64,000 nt of DNA, taken from the IMG/VR virus record IMGVR_UViG_2540341129_000004. The stretch is one strand, 5' to 3'. Both the position numbers and the translations under genes were made by a program. The notes beneath the pieces are model-generated. The model ran no database searches and had not been told where the DNA came from. It was given only the letters and a program-made list of their open reading frames with translations. Each line of letters starts with the position of its first letter. Positions within the stretch are counted from its first letter, which is position 1. This DNA is from an uncultured virus (IMG/VR IMGVR_UViG_2540341129_000004) (Duplodnaviria; Heunggongvirae; Uroviricota; Caudoviricetes). This document shows positions 9,571-25,148 of this stretch, piece after piece.

Positions 9571-9800
9571 TGCTGATCCCCTCACTCTTTCTGTTAAACA
9601 CTTTATATACCAAAATCCATCATGACACAATTTCTGCTATGGGATCAAGTGGTAAAATGGTTTATAATTTACAAGGTATTTTTAAGTGAAGAAGGGGTAT
9701 TATCGTATGAAAACGGTCAAGTCTTTGCATAAAAGTAGAATTTTATTTATAGAAAGAAAGTTGAAATAAAAAAAGACGCATCCAATAAGGATATGCCTGT

Positions 9801-13210
<3,410 letters not shown>

Positions 13211-13254
13211 TTTTTATCACCTCAAAAATAAGAAGAGCCAGCATATACACTGGC

Positions 13255-16200
13255 TCATGAGTTATTGAAATTTATACCCTTGTTTTTAAGACCATTTGCA
13301 AATTTATTGAATACAAAATCAGCTGTTTTCTGAGGATTTTCTGATTCATTAATGTTAAATGTAGCTTTAAAATTATTGTTGTTTACAGTGCCGTTTACTG
13401 ACTTAGTAGCATCTGGTGGGGAAGAGAGGCTTTGAATACTCGGTATCAAACTATTAGAAAGACTGGATTGATTAATATTTGGAATTATTGATGGAATAGA
13501 AGTAATCCCTTTGTTAATCAAAGCTGCTAATTTCCCACCTTGACCCCATTTAGGTGTCTCTTCACTTGGAGCGCTGTTCTCACGTACAGCTTTTACTGTA
13601 TCCAAGATGTTTGCAGTATCAGTTTTATTAAGGATAAGTTCTTTATCATGAAGGAAAGCGAGTTTACCTGCGCCCAGTCCTGTACCTGTATATCCACCCG
13701 ATGCAAAAGAGGATACCTTTTTCCCAGTTTTATTACCTTTGGTTACAGTATTCAGGGCATTGGAGGCTTCTTTAAGCTTATCGATAAGGTTATTGGAGAT
13801 GCTTTTCCCTATGGACTCCATATTGCTGTTAATGAACTTAGAGAATTCATTCAGTTGCTTAGCAATATCAGTAATCTTCCCATCCATTAGCTTTTTCTCA
13901 AGTTCCTTAAACCCACGCTCATCATTAACGAGATCATCGTATTTCTTGTTAATTGAATCTTCATCTTTTTGAAGCTGATCTTGTAACGATTCTTTTCGTT
14001 TACTGTTTTCACGATCTTTAAGAAACTCATCTAATGCTTCTTGCTGTTCTTGAAGTTGCTTTTCCAAGTCTTTAACCTGTGATTTTGCTTCATCAGAGTC
14101 ATCAAGGGATAGTTTGTTTAGTTTATCTTTGGTTTCCTGAATAGCCTGATTCTTTTCTTTGAGCTCTTTTTGGTATTTAGCTTCATCATCAGTTTTATCA
14201 ATCTCATCAATCAAGTCTTGCGTAGCTTTTTGATGCGCTTTTAATTCAATATCACGCATCTTTTCGTACATCTCTTTGTAGATGGAGACAACTTCATCAG
14301 CAAGAGATTTGTACACATCTTTGATTGATTTCTTTGTGTTGTAAAGCTCTAGGTTGTAATCCTTCTGCTTATCTTTCCAATTTTCAATCTCCTCTGTGAT
14401 TTGTTTCTGAATATCTGGGAACCCTTTAGCAGCTTTCTTTTGTGCTTCCAACTGTTTGATATACTTCTTCGCTTCAGTCTGTTGCTGCTGAATAAGCTTA
14501 ATCTGTTGGCTATAATATTTAACCTTGTCTTTATCTTCCTCGGTCATGGATATTTTGTTGCTAACATCTTTAAGCTTGGATTCAGTTTTCTTGGTTGATT
14601 TCTCAATGCCGTTAAGCGTTTGATCAACCTCGGACTGAATGAGCTGCCCACGAAGTTCTCTTACTTCTTCTTGGAAATTGATGAGATCAATCTTAGCTTG
14701 TTTTAATTCCTCAGCAAGCTGTGCTCTTTGAGCGGCATTCAGAGTTTTGTTTGTTTTGATTTCTTTTTCAATAAAAGAAACCTTCTGACTCTGAATCTTT
14801 TGTTGTTCAGTTAAAGCTTTTTTCTGATCGTTTGTATACTTGCGGAATTCTTTACTGTCGCTCAAGTAATGACTAGCGAGGGCTTTGTCTTTAGCGATTC
14901 TTACGTCAAAATCGCCAATGCGCTTGTCATATTCATCAAGTTTCGACTGAACGATTTCATATCTGAGTTCTTGTATCTGATCGTTTACTGAGTCAATGTC
15001 GCCTTGAAGGGAGAGGAGGTCGGATTTAGCTTGTGCGATTGCTTGCTGTCGTTCTGCTTCAGCTTGAGATGCATCTGAAATAGATGTACCGACACCTTTT
15101 AAATACTTCTCAGGGTCAATCGTCTTTCCGTTTTCCTCAATTTGAAGATGAAGGTGATTTCCTGTTGAATTACCCGTACTGCCAACTTTACCAATGGTCT
15201 GGCCAGCTTTAACAGTTTGACCGGCTTTAACAGAAAGGGGTATCAAGCATATGCATATACTTAGCAACTTTTCCATCATCCTGCTGAATGACAACCCAGT
15301 TACCGGCAGTCTTGCTATAACCAGCAATTTGAACTTTTCCACTTTGAACCGATTTAATTGCTGTTCCAGCTTTTGCTGCGAAGTCGATACCTTTATGTGG
15401 AGTTGATCGGTAAGCGCCATCTTGTGCGCCATACTTAGAACTTATTCTAAACGCACTGTTCTTCGTATAGTAGCTTGCAATAGAAGAATTAGCAGAAGTC
15501 ATTGACTTAGTGTAATTAGACATGATCTTCTGAACATAATTCTGCGTTTCTTTGAAAGGAGGGACTCCACCGTATTTAATTACATTACCAGGGCCTGCGT
15601 TATAAGCAGCAAGTGCTTTCTCAACATTGCCACCAAATTTGCTTAGTTGTTGGGCTAAATATTTCGTGCCACCCATAATGCTCTGATAAGGATCATAAAC
15701 ATTGTTTACACCTAAGCTTTTAGCAGTGGAAGGCATCAACTGCATCAAACCAGCAGCCCCGGCTCCAGAACGAGCCCTTGCATTGAATCCTGATTCTTGT
15801 TGGATTACAGCTGCAATTAGAGCTGGATCAACACCGTATTTGCTTGCGGCAGAATTAATGTAGCTGGAGTATTTACCGGAGTAAGACCCGCCACCGGAAG
15901 AATAAGAACCACCAGAAGATGAACCAGAGGAAAGGGAAGAGGTAACTATACCGTATTGTGCAATGTTCCCTGACTTAATTTGATCCTTGAGGAGTTTGGC
16001 TTGCTCCTGCATAAGCTTTTTCTTTTGTTGAAGAGCTTTAATTTCTTTCTGCAGGGCATTTCGATAACTTTGGGAATACTTTGGATAGTTGTTTACTTGC
16101 TTATTGTATTTTTCGACTTCAGCATTAACTTTCTCCAGAGCTTCCTTGTATTTATCAGCCACGTACATAGATGTTTTCATTTCCTCAGAGGCTTTATCAC

Positions 16201-19200
16201 TTGAAGAAGAAAGGTCATCAAGAGATGTTCCTGTTTCAGATAGGGAAGTTGAAGCCAAATCGGCTAGTTTATCAAGCTCTTTAAGCTGATCGGTGATATC
16301 AGTGACCTGGTTTAAATCATCTTGTGTTTTCGGTAGGAACTGTAGCGCACCACTGTTCCCTTTTTTTAGTTCGTCGTATATCTTTTTCTTGTTGTCTTCA
16401 AGCTCAGACTTCATTTTATAAGCGTCTTGAACAGTCTTGATAGCCTTGACTTCAGACTTATACATATTAATCTTTTTATTTAATGCATTAGCTTGATTAA
16501 TTAGATCTTGTCTTACAGATTGTTGCATATCATTATAAGCTTTGAGTTTTGTGTCCCGAAGCTTAACAACTGCATTTCTGTTGATTTTTACAACACCATT
16601 TTCAACTGAAATTGCATCAGCAAGATCATGTTCTTTCTGAATAAGCTTCATGGCTTCTGTTGCAGATATGCTTTTACCTTCAGACATTTTTTCAAGGAGG
16701 TTGTTTAAAGGGGAAATGCTGTCAGACATAGTATCATAAGCTTCATTTTGAATAGCAGATATAGCAGCATCATTTTGCTTCGATTCAACTAATTCATCGA
16801 TGATTCCTTTAATTGCTTCAAAATCACCTTTAGCTTCTTTGAGCTTGTCAGATAAATTCCCGACTTGCTCACCTAATGCATCTACACCTTCACCATTTTC
16901 ATCCCAGGTTACTTTTGCAGTTTGTGCAGAATCGTTTGTAGAGTCAATGGCAGTTTTAAGATCATCATAAGATAAAGCCAAACCATTAGCTTTATCTTTG
17001 CCACTCATATATTGATTAACAAGCTGTTCTAAGCTTTTAGAGGCGGAATCAAAATTATTTTTATTTCCCGATTGCAGTGCTTTTTGGATATTTTCCATGT
17101 ATTTTGAAACATTTATTGAAAATGACTCAAGTTCATCTGCATTCATTTTGCTGAAATCGATTTTATCGAAAGCGTTAGATATTTCCCTTGAAAGATTCGG
17201 ATTTATCTTTATTGAGTTAAAGGCATCAATTGTCTGTTGCACTTGCTCTCTAATTTTAGCCTGTGAGCTGGATAGCTCTTGTTCAGTACGTAGTGCATCT
17301 TGTTCAGCTTTAATACCTTGATTTTTTTTGTCATTTTCAGAAGAGAAAATATCCCAACTCTTGCCGTTTTTATAATAATCGGCAACCTGCTTATACTGTT
17401 TAATCTTATCATTGAGTTTATCAATGTCTTTTAAGCTTTCCTTAAAGTTACTATTGGCACCTGTTTGAATGTCTTTTTTGTTTAAATTACTAAGGTCTTC
17501 AGTGTACTTTATAGCATCCTTAAGTGCTTGGTTTTTCTTTAAGATTGCTTGCCCTTGAGAATCATAACCAGCGATCAAATTCGGGAATGTTTGTGCTAAT
17601 TGCTGTGTTACTTGCAGATATTCTTGCTCTTGGTCAGCCGATAAAGCTCCGCCATCTTTAGCCTTTTGTAATTCTTTGTATTGGCTAATCAGTTTATCAG
17701 TTTCATCTTTATTGGTTGTAATTGCTTCAATGCTAGTAGTTTTAGCTTGTTCAAAGTCTTCTCTAGCTTGTTTTAAATCAGAATAAGAGGAAATAAGTTT
17801 CTCAATAACGACGCCCAGTCCAACCATGGCTGCCATAGGAAGAAAACTTCCTGCTAAGAAAGCTCCAGTGGTCATCGCCACTCTTTTAAGTCCAACTAGG
17901 GATGCATTAAATGCAGTTACAGCTCTATTCCATACAACTGTTTTGGCAGAGGCGGCAGTTACTCCAACAGTTACAGCATTAAAGTTGAGCACTAAATTTT
18001 TAAGGGCTGCGCCCATTGCCATTCCTGAGGTAAGTGCACTTGTACGTAAAGAAGTGTTAAAAAGCATAACTGCAGCTGTAGTAGCTCCTATAACTTGAGG
18101 AAGGAGACCGACTGTTTTAGTGATTTGAGCACTTATTTGCATTAAACCTTTAAGTGCATCAGCAAAAACAACAATACTATCTGATATGAAAGCTTCACTG
18201 GAGGCAACTGACATCTCTGTAAATGCATTTGACAACCTATTTAATCTTGCCTGTAAACTGTCAGCGTATTTCTGCTGTTCACTCCAAGCACTTCCTGCGG
18301 AATTAGCCGCAGTAGTCGCTGCGTTTTGTGATATGGAAAAGTTGTTCATTAAGGCATTAAATCTAGAAAGCTGATAAATGCCCGCTACACCTATCGAGGT
18401 GTTTTGTTTTTGAGCATCGCTGAGGTTATTCCATTTGTCTGCTAACTCATTAATTAATTCAGTAGCAGATTTCGCCTCACCACTAGCTGTTTTCACAGAA
18501 ATACCAATCTGTTCTAAGGCTTTAATTGAGCTATTATTATTCCCAATACGTGCGAAAATGGTTTTAAGTGAGTTACCAACAATGTTTCCTGATTCACGGG
18601 TGGTACTTGCAATTGCAGTAGTATACCCAATCAGATCATTTAATTCAACGCCAAAAGTGGAAGCGGTACTTCCTGCTTTTCGAATCGAATTCGCTAGGTC
18701 AAGAGTAGTTACAGCATAGTTGTTATCGACTTCATTAAGCTTATCTGCAATTGAAATAGAATCATTAGCAGCAATATTGAAGTTTAACATTGCGGCAGTT
18801 AAAGTGTTAACTGTGTCATCAGGAGTCAGGTCAGAGACGTTTTGGAGTACCTGAGCGGTTTTTGTTAGAGTGGACAGTTCACTTTCATCGAACCCCATTC
18901 GCCCGAAATCGCCAGTCATTTGCAGAATGTCAGTGATCTTATTTGAAAGCGTGTCACCTAAGTTGATTGATTCCTCGAGTAGCTCATTGTACTTATAATC
19001 AGGCTCATTCATTACACGTCTGATGTTGGTCATCAAAGTGTCAATTTCAACAGCTTGAGACACCATTTCTTTGAGCCCAGATATAGCACCATAGAACAAA
19101 GAACCGGAGATCAAATATGTCGACATACTTTTGAAAGCTTGAGTTAACTCCGTGCCAAAAGAGGAGGCTTGACTAGACGCTGTTTGAGCATTTGAAGCCA

Positions 19201-20140
19201 ACTCCCTAAATTGCATGTTCAAGCTTTGCATTTGAGATCTGATATTACTACCGCCGGCACTTACATTAAGACTATTTACTGCATTTAAATAATCTTGAGC
19301 AGCTTGTCTATTGCCGGCACCCATTGTATCGCCGTAACGTGTATTAAGGTTTTGTACGTTTACCTGCGCTTGACGTTGATACAACTCAATAGTTTTTCTG
19401 AGTTCATTATTTTTCGCCACAGCAGCAGACTTATCATCGAGCATTTTAATTCTGTTTTGTAATGCTTCAATTTGTTGTGCTGTTTGAGCAGTATTTAATT
19501 TCCGTCCAAGGGAAGAGAGGGTGGTGTCAGTTACAATTCCTTGCTGTCTAAGTTTTTCTAAATCCAGCTTTAATTGTTCAATGGCTTTTCGTTGCTGATC
19601 ATAGTTCGTTGTTACTTTAGATGTAGTAGCATTTGTTTTTGGATCAGTTGTATAGGTAATATCATCGAAGCCATTGCGGTTCTTTTGAGTAACCCTCGTT
19701 GTTTGTCCTTGAGAATTCTTCTGTTCTGTTCTTTTCTGTACTTGACCAAGTTTTTCAGTCGCTTGAGCAAGCCTGTTAACTTCTTGCGTTTGTTCACGTA
19801 ATGATTGATTGCGATTGTCTATGGTCTTTGTTTCACGCTGAATGATTTCGCCATTTTTCTTATATTGCTGCGTCAGCTTTTCAACAGTACCATCAGCATT
19901 TCTGGTAATAGTTGTAGTTTCTTTAACTGTTTGATTGAAGGATTTGAGATGTTTTTGATAAGTGTCGACTGCAGAGGAAAAATCGTTGAGAGTCTTTAAA
20001 GCAGAGGCATCAATATTGGTCTTTAAATTAAGGGAATTTAGCTTTTTCTCTAAAGATTTAATTTGCTGATTTAACTGTTCGACAGTTTTTGAAGAAGTAT
20101 CAGCTTTGGGTGTGAGTATGATCTTTAAATCTTGACTCAA
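13255..20140 (-). pseudogene. yomI: Tape-measure protein with lytic transglycosylase and M23 peptidase domains (CwlP/YomI), split by a +1 frameshift at ~15234-15240
   Basis: TTG start 20140 ([10 protein letters not shown]); TMP repeats; SLT motif [22 protein letters not shown]23 HKGID..YMH in one frame and TGNHLHLQI in the next. Removing one T gives ~2294 aa. Confidence 0.88.
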
Positions 20141-20203
20141 ATATAGGTCACATCCTTTCGAATAGGGGAGAGTGATTTTTAGGGCATATAAAAAAGCCAC
20201 TCA

Positions 20204-20830
20204 TTATTGAGCGACTTTGTTTGCTTTCCGTATTGCAATCTCCATAATCCCTTGCCATATTTCAGCATTTGATAAAGCATCTTTAACTTTTGGATCGTCC
20301 TGTTTAAACCCTTTAACATTCTCTAGGCCAAATTCATCTTTACTCGGCAGGAAATCAAATCTGTAAATAGGGGAGGAGAAATCATCGAGCTTTAATTTCA
20401 AATCAATTTTTTTGAAATACTTTGTTTCTGTCTTATTGGAAGTCAGCCCGCCAACTAAAGCTCCAATACTGCCTGCGGCTAATCCACCTACAACAGCGCC
20501 TGTTATTTGACTTCCTTTGGACACTTTTGTAATTGTACTATCATCAATTGAAACCTCGGCTTCAATGATTTTTTCAAAGGGGATAATTGTTTCTTCAAGT
20601 GTTCCATATTGATTGAATTTGTGAATCATAAATTTATCTTCCGGTTCAATCAATGTAAGCTTTGCATTTTTATCTGGATTAATAATCGACTTGCAATTAG
20701 AAGGGAAGTTCCCAACCATCTCAATCTCGTTTGCCCTTTTTTTATCTATTTCTTTTTGCTTGTCCGATGCTAAAACCCCAATAATAATGAAAGAGCCGAC
20801 AACTAAAATTAGAATGATAGCCCATATCAT
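20204..20830 (-). CDS. Membrane-anchored protein (YomJ position) with its own sigmaA-type promoter
   Basis: N-terminal TM, glycine zipper GAVVGGLAAGSIGALVGG; TG-n-TATAAT at 20859-20867 (minus). Confidence 0.7.
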   Translation of the reverse strand: MIWAIILILVVGSFIIIGVLASDKQKEIDKKRANEIEMVGNFPSNCKSIINPDKNAKLTLIEPEDKFMIHKFNQYGTLEETIIPFEKIIEAEVSIDDSTITKVSKGSQITGAVVGGLAAGSIGALVGGLTSNKTETKYFKKIDLKLKLDDFSSPIYRFDFLPSKDEFGLENVKGFKQDDPKVKDALSNAEIWQGIMEIAIRKANKVAQ

Positions 20831-20903
20831 CCAATCACCGCCAGTATTATTTTCCTACATTATAACATGATTTCCAAAAGTGTAGAACCAACAAAGGGGA
20901 GGA

Positions 20904-21326
20904 TCACTTTCCTTTTTCGGACTTAATCTGCTCAAGTAATTCTTTAAAGTATGTAGCAGTAATAACAATGTCCCTATCTTTTCGTACAAGGAAAAGTAGG
21001 AGAAGGCAAATGGATGTTGCGATTAGAATATACCAAAGCAAATTAAACCTAAATAAAATTCTGAGAGATAGTAAGCATGTTCCTATGAGCACACTTCCAA
21101 CTGTCCACATTTTTGTATGATCGAAGGACGCTTCAATTCGAGTCATACGGGAAATAGCTAAAGTTAAATCTGATGGATTAAGTGATTTTAGGATTTGAAA
21201 TTTGCGTTTTTGTTCTGAGTAAGCTTCGCCTGAGTGGGGGAATTCTTTTTGTATGTATTTGATCAGGTCGCGACTATCCATCTGTACTAAATTGTGCTTA
21301 AGTATTGTCTTATTCATGTTTTTCAC
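20904..21326 (-). CDS. Hypothetical 2-TM membrane protein (YomK position)
   Basis: ORF with GAGG RBS and two hydrophobic segments. Confidence 0.65.
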   Translation of the reverse strand: MKNMNKTILKHNLVQMDSRDLIKYIQKEFPHSGEAYSEQKRKFQILKSLNPSDLTLAISRMTRIEASFDHTKMWTVGSVLIGTCLLSLRILFRFNLLWYILIATSICLLLLFLVRKDRDIVITATYFKELLEQIKSEKGK

Positions 21327-21371
21327 CTCTCCATATTATCGTCAAATATGGAAATATGTTTAAGACGAAAT

Positions 21372-21396
21372 AAACCCCTACTTACAAAAGTAGGGG
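21372..21396 (-). terminator. Rho-independent terminator
   Basis: CCCCTACTT..AAGTAGGGG stem with U-tail on the minus strand. Confidence 0.65.
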
Positions 21397-21402
21397 CATA
21401 AA

Positions 21403-21582
21403 TTATGCAAAAGCTAAATCTTCTTGTTTGCTTCTTATAGTACGGTTCTCCAATTCTCTTACCAGTGCATCATACCGGATTCTTGCTACGCGTCTTTGTG
21501 AAATAGATAGCGATCTGTTCCCCATCATCTCTAAGTATTGTTCCAATTGGTGTTTTTCTGCTCTAGTTGCACTAATTCTCAT
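21403..21582 (-). CDS. Hypothetical 59-aa basic protein (not in ORF track)
   Basis: GGGAGGG RBS, MRISATRAEKHQLEQYLEMM...EDLAFA*, followed by a terminator. Confidence 0.65.
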   Translation of the reverse strand: MRISATRAEKHQLEQYLEMMGNRSLSISQRRVARIRYDALVRELENRTIRSKQEDLAFA

Positions 21583-21644
21583 ACTTTTCCCTCCCTAAAA
21601 AGTACTTATTGCATCTTGATAGTATCAAACAGAGAGAAATTTAG

Positions 21645-22229
21645 TCAATCATGTGATTCCCTGGTAGCTGCAGTTTCTGCTTTCTTTATCTCTTCAATAG
21701 CAACAATTTTTTCAGGAACGTCTTCTTTGGGATCTGTTATATCAATTTCTGGCATTTTACTCTCTTTGAAGTTTTTATCTTCCTCTTTTCCTTGCGCTTT
21801 TTGAATATAAGTAAATCCGCCGTATCCCGCGAGTAAGGAAGTTGTAAGAACAATAAAAATTCCTTTGGCTCCTGACGCTCCTACCGCAGCATATGCCAAA
21901 ATGCCAGTTCCTACACCTACAAGAAGATCGCCAAAGAATCCAGGCTCTAATGTTAATGAACCAGAATCGGTATTCCTTCCAAATCTAAATCCAACCAGAA
22001 ATAAAATGAAGTCAATTATCAACAAAGGGATCTTCCAAAAGTACTCATACCACGAACAGTTTTTAAAACTTACATTTTTTGAGTAATAGATATAAACTAC
22101 TGGGAAAGTAATAACACCGTTTATTTTAAAATGCCCTATAAGTGATCCAATAAGACTTGCAATTAAAGCTATGTAAAAGTAAGTTAGATTAAATGTACTG
22201 TCGTGTAAGTTATCCATTGGATTTTCCAC
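21645..22229 (-). CDS. Multi-pass membrane protein (DUF4257-like)
   Basis: GSLIGH, LEPGFFGDLLVGVGTGI, LLAGYGG pattern. Confidence 0.6.
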   Translation of the reverse strand: MENPMDNLHDSTFNLTYFYIALIASLIGSLIGHFKINGVITFPVVYIYYSKNVSFKNCSWYEYFWKIPLLIIDFILFLVGFRFGRNTDSGSLTLEPGFFGDLLVGVGTGILAYAAVGASGAKGIFIVLTTSLLAGYGGFTYIQKAQGKEEDKNFKESKMPEIDITDPKEDVPEKIVAIEEIKKAETAATRESHD

Positions 22230-22362
22230 CTTTTTTTGTTATATTCATAGAGAATATTACCAGATTGGTAAAAAGTATTCCAGTGGCTTTTAAACATAAG
22301 CAAAATCCCTCAATTGAAGGATCTTGATTCTGCATAAAAGAGGGATTTCATAAAGAGTGATG

Positions 22363-22587
22363 CTAAAGCAAATCAATTGATATGTCACCCAACAAGCTTT
22401 TCTTAATCTTCCCGTATTCAAGTTTACCGTCACTGATCTTGGATTCATCAATCTGTTTAGATCCGAATTGGTTCTTATCAGCTTTAGTATCAAGCTGCCT
22501 AGTTAATTCAGCAACAATTTCGGCCAATTCATCGATTTGCTGCTTCATTTTCTCGACTGAATTTTGATGAGGATTGAAGAGTCCCAT
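22363..22587 (-). CDS. Hypothetical phage protein
   Basis: 74-aa ORF directly downstream of the recombinase gene. Confidence 0.5.
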   Translation of the reverse strand: MGLFNPHQNSVEKMKQQIDELAEIVAELTRQLDTKADKNQFGSKQIDESKISDGKLEYGKIKKSLLGDISIDLL

Positions 22588-22597
22588 TCTAAAGATA

Positions 22598-23617
22598 TTA
22601 ATCTTTCTTTTTGCTTTCCTGCATTTTCTGTTTCATTTTAATGATCTTCTGGCGGACTTCAGCTTTTGTTTGAGGTTTAATGTAGCTCGAACGGGTGGTT
22701 TCAACGGATTTGTGATTTCCCATTTCAGCAGCAAGAGAGAGGTCGCCAGTTTTAACGTAGATATCATTGAGGGCAGTTTTTCGGATACAGTGAGCATGAA
22801 AATCATCGAGTCCAAGAATTTCTCCGATCTTGGTAACCCGGTCTTGAATAGTGCCTTTTGACATTTGACGATATTCACCACCGTATTTAGTAATGAATAG
22901 GGAATCGACTTCGAGGTTATCCATTTCTTTTCTCATTTCTAACCATTCAAGTATAAGCTCTTTACTGTAATCATTAAATGCCACTTCAACCTTGTACCCG
23001 CGTTTTTCTCGTATGTCGTTAAAAACCATGTTATCTAGATCAAGAGCCTGGATAGTAAGCTTGGAAATAGCCCCGATTCGGTTAGCTGAATCCAGCATTA
23101 TAGACCATATTAGCTTGTCTTGGATATCAAATTTCGGGTCAGTTTTTAGGGTTTCAGTTATGAGGTTCATCTGTTCATCATCGAGGTAATAAGAGTTAAT
23201 GATTTTTTCTTCATTTGCACCTTTCATACGGTCAAGTTTTTTATCAAAGGGGTGTTTATCGATATATCCACGTTTAAGACTCCAAAGATAAAAACTCGAA
23301 ACTGTCGAAAGCTTAGTATTGATTACTTTTTTGTTGTTGAAAAGGATGTCCTGACAGAAGCTAATGTATCCCTCCATAATATCCACTGCATCTTCCATGA
23401 ATTCTTCAGAATACAGATCGATATTAGACCATTTTTCAGCAAGATAAACCAAAAACTGATCCATATAATTGCTGTAAACCTTATAGGTAGTGTCTTTTAC
23501 ATCTCTGTTTTTGATTATGTTGCTATTGAGATACTTATCGTATTTCTTTCTGTTTTCTTTTGAGATAAGTGCTTTTCTTTCTTTGGTGAAATAGCGCACT
23601 TTTTTGATCTTGGCCAT
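22598..23617 (-). CDS. yomM: Tyrosine recombinase embedded in the tail operon
   Basis: Catalytic residues R (SANRI), H-x-x-R (HCIR), H (GNH), Y (SSY). Start ATG 23617. Confidence 0.85.
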   Translation of the reverse strand: MAKIKKVRYFTKERKALISKENRKKYDKYLNSNIIKNRDVKDTTYKVYSNYMDQFLVYLAEKWSNIDLYSEEFMEDAVDIMEGYISFCQDILFNNKKVINTKLSTVSSFYLWSLKRGYIDKHPFDKKLDRMKGANEEKIINSYYLDDEQMNLITETLKTDPKFDIQDKLIWSIMLDSANRIGAISKLTIQALDLDNMVFNDIREKRGYKVEVAFNDYSKELILEWLEMRKEMDNLEVDSLFITKYGGEYRQMSKGTIQDRVTKIGEILGLDDFHAHCIRKTALNDIYVKTGDLSLAAEMGNHKSVETTRSSYIKPQTKAEVRQKIIKMKQKMQESKKKD

Positions 23618-23630
23618 TAATACACCACCG

Positions 23631-24047
23631 TTATTCTGTTTTAATACCATTTGTATTTAAATCTTTTTTCATAGCAGCAACTAATCGTCCATCTTTTAAG
23701 GATTCGGCAGCATTCTTCATGACTGGACGAGGTTTTCCGTAACCATAACCGTATTTATCTGGATACGTATATCCTTGACCAGTCTCAACAACCGTAGCAA
23801 CATCCTTGCCGTTGTCTTCACGGGTATTGTCTAATGAAATTCCGTTAGATTCGTTTTGAATGACAAAAGAGTCCTTCAAAAGAGAAGTACGTTCATATAC
23901 AAGAGGATCGTATGTGTCATATACATCAGATTGCACATGCTCTTGACCCGTTTTAATCATCGTATTTTTTGTGTTGGATTGTTTTTGAACGGCTTGCTTT
24001 GCGGCAAATTCAATTAGTGCTGCTATTTCTTTTATGTTCTTGGCCAT
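23631..24047 (-). CDS. Tail completion-like protein (YomN position)
   Basis: YERT..LKDS..VETG..PRP HK97-gp10-like pattern; operon position. Confidence 0.6.
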   Translation of the reverse strand: MAKNIKEIAALIEFAAKQAVQKQSNTKNTMIKTGQEHVQSDVYDTYDPLVYERTSLLKDSFVIQNESNGISLDNTREDNGKDVATVVETGQGYTYPDKYGYGYGKPRPVMKNAAESLKDGRLVAAMKKDLNTNGIKTE

Positions 24048-24532
24048 TATTCAGCCTCTTGTTCATTTTCAATCTCTTCGACCTTATTAAGGATAAGATC
24101 ATTTATTTCTTCTGGAGATATGTTTGAAAGTTTGTCTAAATTCTCTTGCATCATCTTTGTTGCCTCGCCAAATTTCTTCATGCTTTCTTCAGGGAAGCTA
24201 CTAATAATCAATGGGAAAAATTCAGAGTCCACAAGCTTAACAAACCACTTAACTTTGTTTTTGATATCACTTGGAATACCCAAGTCTGTAAATTCTTTAA
24301 TTAGTGAAAAGAATCCCCATTGAACAGGATTTATGCTTTTAAAGTCAATGTTTTTTTCTTGAGCATTTTGTGGATCCGTAATTAATTCAGTAAGCATTTT
24401 GGTTAAGCGGGTAGGGGAGAAGTACGGGTAAATAAAAACATGAACGTCATCAGTTAGTTGCACTCGTTCTTTCTTGTCATATTTGCTTACACTTTCTTCG
24501 ATCAACCCAAGATTTAATTTTTTCGATGCCAT
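24047..24532 (-). CDS. Phage protein, possible tail assembly chaperone (YomO position)
   Basis: GGAGG RBS; operon position. Confidence 0.6.
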   Translation of the reverse strand: MASKKLNLGLIEESVSKYDKKERVQLTDDVHVFIYPYFSPTRLTKMLTELITDPQNAQEKNIDFKSINPVQWGFFSLIKEFTDLGIPSDIKNKVKWFVKLVDSEFFPLIISSFPEESMKKFGEATKMMQENLDKLSNISPEEINDLILNKVEEIENEQEAE

Positions 24533-24614
24533 TTCAATTCCTCCTTATATATCCTCTGCACACATTAAAAAAGACACCTCAAAAGGGGAGAGGTGTCTAA
24601 ATAAAACTTGTATT

Positions 24615-24815
24615 TTATTCTGTGACTGCTTCTTCGTAGTCTTCGCCAGTGATTTCTTTGTACTCTTCTAAAGTGACTAAACCATTCTTTACGCCTAATT
24701 GTAGCTCTTCTTTTGTCACATCGTTGTATTCCTGGTAGGCTTCTTTGACTTGATCGACGGTTGCCCATTTCCGACTCAGGGCCTTAACCCAATAATTATA
24801 TGTAGCTGTAGTTAT
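24615..24815 (-). CDS. XkdX-family small protein (YomP position) with ATA in the start-codon position
   Basis: ..YWVKALSRKWAT..V..GLVTLEEYKEITGEDY XkdX-like motif. GGAGG lies 8 nt before ATA 24815; there is no in-frame ATG. Confidence 0.7.
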   Translation of the reverse strand: MTTATYNYWVKALSRKWATVDQVKEAYQEYNDVTKEELQLGVKNGLVTLEEYKEITGEDYEEAVTE

Positions 24816-24816
24816 T

Positions 24817-25134
24817 TTATGAACCTCCCTTTAGATCGGCAATATCTTTTAACATTGTGTTTATTGTTTTGTTGACTTGCAACAAACTTATACGGAGTTG
24901 GGACAGTGTTTGTCCTAAAATGTCAATATCGCTAGGCTCAGGAGTATCTGGTTTAACACTATCCTTGTATTCTTCAGTTGCTGATTCAATCCATTTATTT
25001 TTCTTGGGATCATATTTGGGCAAGATTATTGTGGGGTCTGGGACAGCAGTTGTACTATTTGGAGGAAGAGCATCGCCTTCAATGAAGTCTTCTCCAGCGT
25101 ACATAAAGTTCTCATCGTAATAAAGAACATGCAT
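24817..25134 (-). CDS. Tail fibre assembly-like protein (YomQ position)
   Basis: YYDENF.Y.G..LPPNSTT..P..PKYD...KWIE pattern; next to the XkdX-like gene. Confidence 0.65.
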   Translation of the reverse strand: MHVLYYDENFMYAGEDFIEGDALPPNSTTAVPDPTIILPKYDPKKNKWIESATEEYKDSVKPDTPEPSDIDILGQTLSQLRISLLQVNKTINTMLKDIADLKGGS

Positions 25135-25148
25135 AATATTTTCACCTA

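Noticed and set aside
13255..15432. Independent 725-aa gene
   Set aside because: Its first ~65 codons are an off-frame reading of the tape-measure gene; the rest is the tape-measure C-terminus.
22598..23617. YomM as the prophage integrase with a nearby att site
   Set aside because: It is embedded in the tail operon with phage genes on both sides; no att-like boundary is visible.
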